DNA of 64,000 nt from Hypanus sabinus (taxonomy: Eukaryota): assembly GCF_030144855.1 (NCBI RefSeq), contig NC_082723.1, forward strand, positions 36,828,001-36,892,000. Reading direction: 5' to 3'. Shown here piece by piece: positions 21,086 to 31,400 of this stretch. A program made the translations under genes and the position numbers. How positions within the stretch are numbered: the first letter of the stretch is position 1; each line of letters starts with the position of its first letter. The notes under the pieces are model-generated. The model was not told where the DNA came from and did not search any database. It saw nothing but the letters and a program-made list of their open reading frames with translations.

Positions 21086-21595
21086 ATTGGCAAATATAGT
21101 CATGCACTTTTTGCTCCAAACTCTGTTCAGGTATTATTGTGTTTATTCTGCTTAAAGATGATTGGAGGGGAAAACTGTTGTGTTCTCATTTCGAGTGTAA
21201 GAGCATCTATGAAGATGGTTACTTTTTAAAAAATGGGCTAATGAAAACAACAAACCATAGCTTTAAAAATCATGGCATTCATAAATTAAGCAGTCCGATG
21301 ATTGTGAGCATTGAAATAAAAAACAAAAATAAAATGGACTACTGAATTGCACTGACAGTACACAGCAAATGCAATGTGCTATAGAGAATATAGACTAATT
21401 TCTATAGAAATTTCTAATTTCTAATTTCTTTTGTGATATTTAAGGACTGGTAAAAGTAATCACTTTTTTAAAATAAGTACAAGGAATGGAAGAGCCAAAA
21501 AACCAGAAAACAGTCATTAAGTTATTGGTAAGACCATTATATACTTGTATGTTGCTCTTTTTTTTCCATTTGAGTGCTATTTATTTTCATTCTGT

Positions 21596-21846
21596 GTAGC
21601 GGTTAGTGTGTTGCTGTTCAGGTCAGGGTTTTCTGGAGTTCAGAGGTCAATTCTGGCACTGTCTGTAATGAGTTTGTACGTTCTCCTCGTGGGTTTTGTC
21701 TGGGTTTCGTCCCACAGTCTAAAGGTGTACCAGTTAGTAGGTTAATTGGTCATTGTAAATTGTCTTGTGATTAGGCTAGTGTTAAATAGGTGGGTAACTG
21801 CTCATTAGGTTGGAAGGGCCTGTTCCACACTATCAGTAAATAAAAA
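21596..21846 (+). mobile_element. V-SINE/HE1-like SINE
   Basis: tRNA-like head GTAGCGGTTAG, internal GAGTTTGTACGTTCTC and TAGGTTAATTGGTCATTGTAAATTGTC, 3' GGGCCTGTTCCACACT with an A-rich tail. Confidence 0.75.
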
Positions 21847-23670
21847 TTCATATAACCAGATTATCTGATCACCATCTTGTGGAATTTTTCATTTTGCAAT
21901 TGGCTGCCATGTTTTATAACATTATGACAATTGCTGACCTCAAACTGTTTCCTTGGCTCTAAAATGATTTGGTATGACCCAAGGTCATAAGAGGTGCTGT
22001 ATAAATGTAAATTCTCTCTCTTACCTTTTTACATTGCAGCAATTTGCTTTAATGCAACAGAAACTACAATTACCCTAATGCATGATCTCCCTTGATGTAC
22101 CTTGATTCATATTTTCCATCCTTTGAGTTAATTGGAGAGAAGCTCAATGCTGGTTCTTTGTAGATTGACTGCAGCTTAGCAGTCCTAGCATCACAATAAT
22201 TTGTATATTTTCTTGGAAGTGTAATTTGTCCATTACGTAGTTTGTGATATCTAACGTCTCCTATTTTTTTTATCCCCTTGTTTCTATTTCTCCTTATGTT
22301 TAACCACTTTAAGTTGTATTTTGCTGGTTCAGCAAAACTAGGGTTTCTCTAAAGTCAGTTTATTTTATGAGATTATATCGAAATCTTATTATATACGATG
22401 CATCTTTTGATAGTTTTGATTTTCCTAGACAGGGTGAGATGGAGTCTCTTCGAACATAATTGGGAACTGGAGATTAAGGGGTATTGTTTGCCACATTTGT
22501 AGATGGATGACATAGTATTTAATAAAATAATGCTTTTTACAAATGATGCTTTATTAAATGTAATTGTAATATTGTTGGATTGCAGAAGGCAATAATTCAG
22601 AGTTATGAATTCAACATTATAAGTGGGAACAGGGGTATGGGATAGTGTGGGAACAGTGTATCTCTAATTTGGGAATAGTATATTCCAAATGAGGACAAAA
22701 GATACTATTGCATGGGCTATTCCAGGATTTAGACCAAGCAACAATGAAGGAACAGCAACCTCTCAGCTTGTACGGACCACCCTAGGTCTTTGTGATTTCA
22801 ACTGGGTTTTTATCTCATTGTTGCATGTAGTATGGCTGCCCCATCAAATACAACTACAATTGAAAAATAAATGATCCGTGAAATGCTTTGACATATCTTG
22901 GAAGTGAAGAGATTTAACTGTAATAGCATAGTATAATATCCCAAGGAGTGTCACAGAATGAAGTTTTAAAGCAATAAAATTAAACAATTATTATGGAACT
23001 TAACCAATTAGGTAGATTTTCAGAAGGAAAAAAAGCAAAAACAAAACTACAGATGTTGAAAATGTGAAATAAAAACTGAAAAGGTGCTAAATATTTCCAT
23101 CAGCATCCATTGAGAGGCAATTGAACTGAAACATTAAACCACTTTATCTCTCCATAAATTTTGCCTGCCCTGTGAATAGATCCAGTACTTTCATGGTTTA
23201 TAGAGTATCTTGAAGGTTGAAAGCAAGATGAACTGGTGTTGGTTCAGTAAGTGATTACAATAAGGAATGTGCAAAAGGGGGGGAATAAAGGAGCATGTAT
23301 AGTTTATTAGAGGTGTTATGGAATCAAAGTGAGGCAGTGGAGGCAAATGAAAGGTATAAATTTTAAATTTGAGAGGTGTTACCTTTAGTTTTATATGGGT
23401 AATGAGAAGTTATATAATCAGAAATTACTAGAAAGTTTAAGCAGTTTAGTTCTGTGCAATGAGTATTTGGGTTAAATAAGTATTAATCAGAGCTGGGGAA
23501 AAAAATAAAGATTAAACAAGACCAAGCAAGTGGACAGGAAAGGACAATGCAAAGAGTCTCTGATGGGAAGGAAGTTAGGGGATGAAAGTTCAGGATAAAG
23601 GCAGATGGAAAAGCTGCACCAATAAAGCAACAAAATTTGTGACCAAATGAGGTGCAAGTGATCACTGAAA

Positions 23671-23704
23671 CCATGGTTGCACCACAGCCATGGTTGCACC
23701 ACAG
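23671..23704. repeat. Perfect 17-bp tandem duplication (CCATGGTTGCACCACAG)x2
   Basis: Read directly from the sequence. Confidence 0.9.
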
Positions 23705-24219
23705 CAATTAGAGTTGCTAACGATGCTGAATGCTGATGCCTATTTGTGATCTATTTTAGAAATGGGGGGTGGGGTTGTTATGATCTCAGCTGACAGATGG
23801 TAAAGTGCCAAGCTAAAAAGGGTGGTTTTCTCTGAACTTGTGCAAGTTTTATTATGTGTATGTGAGTGTAGTCCAGTATAAAAACATGCTATAAAAACTT
23901 ATGCAGTGCAGATATGTAAATTGACAATATTTTAGCAAATGGCAAATCAGGTTACTAACAGACTGAGACTGGAGAAATTACCTTGGGGAATAAGGAAATG
24001 GCAGAGAATTAAATAAATGTTTTGGGTGAGTGGGTCTTCATAAGATATTTCCACTATTTATTTTAAATTTCTGTATCTGCAGTTTTTTTTTTCTTTTGTT
24101 GTGCTGGGAATGACCACTTAGAATTTCTCACCTTTAAAGCAAAAGTACTTCCATGGTAACTGCAGCCTCATTTTCCAGTTTTGACAAAGGGCCTTCAAAC
24201 TGAAAAGTTAACTGTTCAC

Positions 24220-24372
24220 AAACAAGAGAAAATCTGCAGTTGCTGGAAATCCAAGCAACACACTCAAAACGCTGGAGGAACTCAGCAGGCCAGGCAGCAT
24301 CTTTGGAAAAAAAGTACTGTCGACATTTTGGCCGAGACCATCCAGCAGGACCTGAGTTCCTCCAGCATTCTG
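24220..24372. mobile_element. Penelope terminal-repeat insertion with a short inverted arm, nested in an older PLE terminus
   Basis: Same repeat family as 6115 and 11148. Flanks (24175-24215 and 24385-24440) resemble an older, more decayed PLE terminal repeat. Confidence 0.7.
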
Positions 24373-24839
24373 CGTGTGTTGCTAAATTAACTCTTGCTTC
24401 TTTTTCCCCAGCTGCAGCCTGACTTGCTGAGTATTTTAATTTATGTGCCAGGCCTGAGATTGGGCAATCCTGTCATTACAATATACAGTGTTTCCCATAA
24501 ATTACCCGATATTTTCCTCCCCAGAAAAGTATGTTAACCACAATCGATCTCCAGCGGGTTATTATGTCCCGGAGAGAATAGTGTCCTGGAAAAATGACCG
24601 CTTAGACAACTAGTAAAAAACATAACTGGTCAAACAACCTATCCGGATCCAGACTGTCTCTCATCAATTAGTGTTGCTAACGACGCTGAACGTCGATGCC
24701 TAGTGTAATCATTTACCCCTCTGTAGTTTCTAATTACATACATGTTAATTATATTGCATCTTTGTATTAAAACATATTTCGTAAATATACTTATCCTGCG
24801 CTGTATGCCTGGAAACGTAAAGACCAACAAGTTAATAAA

Positions 24840-25400
24840 CGGCTATTAGTAGTTGGGTCGGTTGCCATGGAGATCCAACCGCAAGCGTAACCCGGAAGGT
24901 TTTTTTAGTCGGGTCAAGGGGAGAGCGAATCGGAGCGCAGCTGAGACCGTTAGGGCGATTTGAATGCATCAATTAGAAGAGAGCGGAGCGCATCCGGAAG
25001 TGACGTAAAGGAGTGTGGCTGTCGGAAGTTGGGAGGCTGCCGTGAGCTCAGATCAATCGCTTAAGTGGCGGCATCATCGGGGGTTTCGTATGGTAAGGTC
25101 CCGTCCACCTAACAAAACCGTGGCGGAGGTGGTATCGATTACAAAAGGAAGGATCGTGTTTGTTTAATTAATATACGTTTCAGCATGAGGGCAAACAAAG
25201 CGGGGCAGTGATTTCTGTCATACGACAAAGACTCTGTGGTCACTTCATGGCAACGGCAAGATCCCACTGTTAGTGAGTAACGGGATCGGTGAGAGCGCAT
25301 CTTTAGGGTGGAGGGCGGGGTGTATCTTACATTCATCCGAGGCCATCCCCACGTCTCCCTCTCGGCCTTCACTTCCCTGGATAAACCGCCAACAATCACT
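24840..25400 (+). promoter_or_regulatory. CpG-island promoter and first exon of ODF2, with an RFX X-box and an ETS-CRE composite
   Basis: High CpG density. GTTGCCATGGAGAT (24861-24874, X-box-like), CCGGAAGTGACGT (24994-25006), further CGGAAG cores, and donor ATG|GTAAGG at 25092/25093. Confidence 0.75.
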
Positions 25401-28400
25401 GCCCTAAATCTTCCAGGTTCACTCGTTTTCGGCCCAAAGTTTGTCCCCTGGGATTAGGGACGGGGATGACGATATTCCTTGGTTTCCTAAATTTGATTTC
25501 GACGCACCCCGATGTGGGTTTTCGGAAGAAACCCTAGTCCAAATAACGACACTGACCTTCAATTTCAAAGTTATATAATGGACCAGCCAGCCGGGTTTTC
25601 GTTTGATACACATATACTGGAAATATTGCGGCAGGCTTAGGCAAAGGCGATAATTTTGTGATACTAGAAAATCATTGTTTTCCTGCTGCATGAGTTACCA
25701 ACTGTAAACATATGGTCACGGGCTTTTTTTTCATGAAAAGGAAAAAGCAGGAGGCACTCAACAGGTTAGGCAATAAGTACAGAGAGAGAGAGAAACAATT
25801 GCCATTTAAGATCTCTGACCTTTCGTCAGAACTATGTTTATTCTCTAAAGACGAATGAACGTTATGGTGGAGTGACTCTGGTTAGGCCTTCCTGAAGTGG
25901 ATGGAGGTCCAGATGGATTTGACATGCTTGGTAAGCCATTTGGGATCAGGAAACCATCAAAATGGTGGAGGGTGTCTGAGGTGTCATGGATGTAGTGAAA
26001 AGGGTCTACAAGTTCTGTAGAGCCGGCTGAAACAGCTTGTCTACTAAGACATTCCTGCTTGGGGATGTTGGGAGTGGATGGGAGCAGGATGTCTGGTGTC
26101 TGAGGCCATAAAGAGAACACCCTGGAGGGAATGATGTCAGTGGGTGTCTTGGAAACAGTAGTCTGATATGCAGTGGTGATGTCATGGAACAGGTTCAGAT
26201 GTCTGAGAGCTTCTGCAAAGCAAAAGTTCGTTTGCTTGTAACTCCGGCTTTGTCAGTGGTTTGATGACAATGTTGGAGTGTAGAGCTGCAAGTTCAGAGA
26301 GACATAGATCGTAGAACAGAGTGAAGAATAAATCAGTCACTGCAATGATCCATCCCCTTATCTCAATTCCTCCATCTCCACCGCATCTGCTCTTAGGATG
26401 AGGCTTTTCATTCTAGAAGAAGGAGAGGTCCTCCTTTTCCAAAGAAAGGGGCTTCCCTACCTCCACCACAACACTACCCTCAGCAGTATCTCTTCCAGCT
26501 CATGCATGTCTGCTCTCACCCCATCCCCCCACCATCCTACCAGGGATAGGGTTCCTCTTGTCCTCACCTACCATCACACCAGCCTCTGCGTCCAGCATAT
26601 AATTCTCTGAAACTTATGCCATCTCCAATGCAATCACACCACCAAGCTCATCTTTCCCTCTCTTCTCTCCCCCCCCCCCCCACTTTCTGCTTTACACAGG
26701 GATCACTCCTTCAGTGACTCACTTGTCTGTTTGTCCTCCCTGCTGATCTCTCTCTTGGCACTTACCCTTGCCAGTGGATTAAGTGCCACACCTGCCCCTA
26801 CACTTCCTCCCTCACTACCATTCAGGGCCCTAAACAGCCCTTCCAGGTGAGGCGACGCTTCACCTGTGAGTCTGTTGGGGTCACTTACTGTGCCCGGTGT
26901 GGCCTTCTGTATATCGGTGAGACCCGACGTAGATTGGGAGACTGCTTCGCCAAGCATCTAAACTCTGTCCACCAAGACAAGCAGGGATCTCACAGTGGCC
27001 ACCTGTTTTAATTCTACTTCCCATTCTCATTTCAATATGTCCATCCATGGCCTCCTCCACTGTCGTGATGAAGCCACACTTGGTTTGGAGGAAGAACATT
27101 GTGTATTCTGTTTGGGTAGCCTCCAGCCTGATGGTGTGAACATTGATTTCTTGAATTTCTGGTAATGCTCTCCACCCCCACCCCACCCTTCGCCATTTCC
27201 CATCCCCTTTTCCCTCCCTCGCCTTACCTCCTTGCCCACCCATCGCCTCTCTAGCACTTCTTCATCCCCACGCCCTTTTTCTTTCTTCCATGGCCTTCTG
27301 TCTCTTTCACCAATCAACTTCCCAGCTCTAGTTCATCCCTCCCCCTCCAAGTTTCACCTATCTTCTGGTGTTTTGCTCTCCCCTCCTCCACCTTTTAAAT
27401 CAGCTGCTAGTCCTGCCAAAGGGTTTTGACGTGAAACGTCGACTGTACTTTTTTCTACAGATGCTGCCTGGCCTGCTGAGTTCCTCCAGCATTTTATGTG
27501 TGTGTAACAATGATCAATTTCCTTTTGAGTAGAAAAAAGCCAGAAACAGTGTCCAAATTGATAGAAATTCCAGAGATGGGAGAAAGGGGGCCATAGTGTG
27601 GGTGGCACAGTGGTGCAGTTAATAGAGCCACACCCTCACAACAAAGATTCAGATTCAGTTTATTGTCATTTAAAAACCACAAATGCAATGCAGTTAAAAA
27701 ATGAGACAATGTTCCTTCAGAATGATATCACAAAAGCACATGACAAAACAGACTACACCAGAAAATCTACATACTGTTTGGCAATCCCCGATCCAGAGTC
27801 CGGAGAGGCTGCTGCGTATTAATATCGCGCTGCCATCTTAGTGTGTTCCCCAGAAAGGAGCTCCAATTCCACCAGACAAAACAAGACCAAAAACTAAAGC
27901 TACAAGACCTGCACAAAACCACATAGTTACAACATATAGTTACAACAGTGCAAACAATAGCATAATTGATTAAAAAAAACAGACTATGGGCACAGTAAAA
28001 ATAGTCCAAAGATGTTAAAAGACCATAAGTTCAAAAGAAACCACCACACAGTTTCCACAAGTCCTCAGGGTCCCCGATAGATTAGTCATCTCACGCAGGC
28101 AGCAGAAGGGATTACCCCCGCTATGGACTTACACGGCGCCACCCGACTCAGCCTCGTAGACACAGCACACAATGAAAGTTCCGTCGAACCCAGCCTCGCA
28201 GACACAGCACACACTGAAAGTGACCTGATTGCAGCAGACTCCGAGTCTGTCAAACTTCCAAGCCTCCGACCATCCCCTCCGGCACAGCTTCTCCGAGCAC
28301 CATCCTCTGCCAAGAGTATTAAGACGCCCCTGCCAACGCGACCCCGAGGACTGGGGATCTGTTCTTCCCAGCAGAGACTCGGACCTCACAGCAGCAGCAA

Positions 28401-31400
28401 CAAAGAAGGTCTTCCTGGAGATTTCCGGATGTTCCTCCGTGCTCCCACATCCGTTTTTCATCTGATTATGATTGAGCATGACACCCTGCTTCACAAATAA
28501 CAGATAATCAGCTCCGGAGTGGCCGCTGCAAGCTGCGTTGTGCCGCCATCTTGGATACAGGTTGAATCCAGACCTTAATTGCTGTGTCTGTAGAGCTTGC
28601 ATATCCTTCATGCTGATTGCTTGGCCACTATAAATTGCCCATAGTGTTTCGGCGAGTGAGTGAATCTGGGGAGAGTTCTTCAGTATGGAGAGGATTTGTT
28701 TTTTTAAAAAGCACTCTTGTAAAATGGGTGTGAACAATTGATGGTCAGAGTGGACGGTGAGTCGATAAAACTGTTTCAGTACTTTATCTTTTTATGACTG
28801 TGATTTATGCACAAAAGAAGTGGTTGCAATGGGGAAAGGTGCTGAGTGCTAAATTCATTAAGATTGAGTATGGGGAGGAGCTTAAGCTTCTGGTAAGGAC
28901 TGGTCTTTTGAGTTCAGGGAAAGGAAAGCGAGGGATAGTGAAAACTTGACACGGGATGGAACTTGAGAAATCTGTGGGGTCAGAAGACAGCAAAGGGAAG
29001 AAAGATTTGCATGAGTATTTGAATTAGAGTTATTGAAGTTTGCGGTCTTCAGTGTGATAGAAGAGTGTTTTTTGTTTAAACACCAAATATTGCAAGGGAT
29101 AAATGGAACAATAAAACTGCTTTTAAATTGTTTGGTACAATTGCACAGTGAGATGAAGGACAGGTACATTAATTTCAATAACAGCAAAAATTATGCCTGG
29201 CAAAGTGTGAATAGCTTAAACATGCCTGTCATTGAAGGTGAGGCTGAATTGTGAAATCCACTTAACACACATTGGAATAAGTGAGAGTTGTTAAAGAAAG
29301 AGATATGGCTGTATACACTAGTTTTGGTCAATGCCTTAAAAAAAAGCAAGGAAACAGCCACTGAAGGCGAGCAAAGTTTAAAAAAAAAGACAAACAATTA
29401 TTTTTTGGTGAGCTGTTTCAACCTGGACATTCCCAACTGTGAATTAAATAAAACTGAAATAACAGAAAGTACAGTAGATTCCAGTTGTATTTTGGCCTAA
29501 TTATGCGGCTGTCTCAATTAGCCAAAGTTTCATGGAAATAGTTTAAAAGGTATAAAAAGACAAGGTACCATTTAACTGAGTAACAAATCATGTATTTAAA
29601 TGAACTACAGAACAAATTAGAACACTATCAATACTACAACAATACTATTAAACTGTGTAGGAGTTCCTAATTGTTCTCAATGGAGGAATATATACAGAGT
29701 ACCTGTTTCCTGTTGTGTTCTTTTGATTCACTGCAAATGAACAAAATCAACACAGACACTTAGTGTAGATATGGACTGCCTTCAAACAATGCTATCGATG
29801 ATGTATCCTTCCAAATCTTCCTTTTCATTGTAGCATTCAAGATAATTGTCAATATCTTCAAATTATTTGTAGTTCCTAACTCGCTGAAATAGTGAAATCA
29901 TTTCATTTTCACTCGGCCATTTCTGGCATCTCTGAGCATGAATGCTTGAAACCGCAGTGAGCAAAACTGTTCTGAATTGCCTTACTGCTTATTTATCGAC
30001 AACTATTAGTGATGAAGATCATTACTTTTTGAACACATGCATAAGCAACTGAGGCTATTTAAAAACTATTTGCTGTAAGCACATTGTAGTATCTAATGGT
30101 CGTACAGGTGCATGCATTTGATGCTAGTTAGAAACTGTTTGGTAACAAACCCCTGTCCCAATGAAGCAGCATAGTGTCTCAAATAAATTAAGGGAATCCG
30201 GGCTATTGTCTTGATTCGTTTTTTTTCTTTAAGAGTTGTCGCAAATAAGTGGCTGTCCCAGCTAATCAAGGACCCAATTAACTGGAATCCACTGTATTTA
30301 GCAGGCCAGCAGCATCAGTGGAGGGAAAAAAAGCAAAGTCAATGTTTCTGCTCACTGACACTTCATTGATTCAGATGAAAGGTCGTAATTTGAAAAGTAA
30401 ATTCTGATTCTCTCTCCATGGGTACTATCTGATCTGCTGAGCAATTCTAGCTTTTTCTGTTTTATTTTTCAGATCTCTACTATCCCCAATATTTCACTCT
30501 TGGATGCTTGAGAAACAAATTAACTGAATGCTCCTTTTCTGGTTACACAGCCTTCTGACAGTAACTTCTGTGTTTCTGCTACTTTCCCATCCTGATCTTT
30601 AATAAATAAATCTACTGTTCCTTTTGAATGTACTGTAAATATGCATTTCTTTTGAAGGAATGGTCTGAATTAGTGTCCTATTTTATTGTGGTGTTTTGAA
30701 TATAAAAAAAATTATTTTGAAATCACGTGATATAACTGGATAGATGGAGGTTAACCTTTTCATGGAATTCAGGAAGCTCTGCTTGAAGCAGAGCCTCTAA
30801 CAATATTCATGAAATTTCTGGACAAGGATTTCAATCACCAAAGTCTTGAAGAAAAAGCTAGCAAATGGGATTAGTATAAGTAAGTACAGTACAGTTGATG
30901 GTTGGATTTGATAGAGTGGGCTGAAAAGCCTGTTTCTGTGCTGTGAGATTCTGTGAACCATCTGATTCTTTGTGTTACTTTGAACAGCTGAGAAGGGAAA
31001 TGAAAACAAGAACCTCTCCTCTTCTCCATGTGCATGTTGATGAAACAACTCCTGTTCATGTTCATGTTAAGAAGAGTCCAAAACAAGCAAAGAAAGTCCA
31101 GGTAATCCCTTGGCTCTCTCAGTGGAAAATTAGATGAAGTTAGTCTTGTGTGCTCACACTCTTTTCACCTCTGCCACGACCTCTGAACTATTAAGATTTT
31201 TTATCTTTTTGACTTATTCCTTTTATATGAATACATTTTATTTGCACTTTTTTGATAAATGTCATATTTCTTTTGCATTTTGAGTACTCATTGCGAGTGA
31301 GAATGGTGGTTTAATATCAGCAACAAGATGCAGTTTGTTCAAAGACCTTCATTGTAAAATTGGTGTATAAATTGCACTGATGTATTAGTTGTCGCTTCCT

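Noticed and set aside
28086-28737. Overlapping 75-202 aa ORFs
   Set aside because: They are GC-rich repeat-derived frames with no domain motifs.
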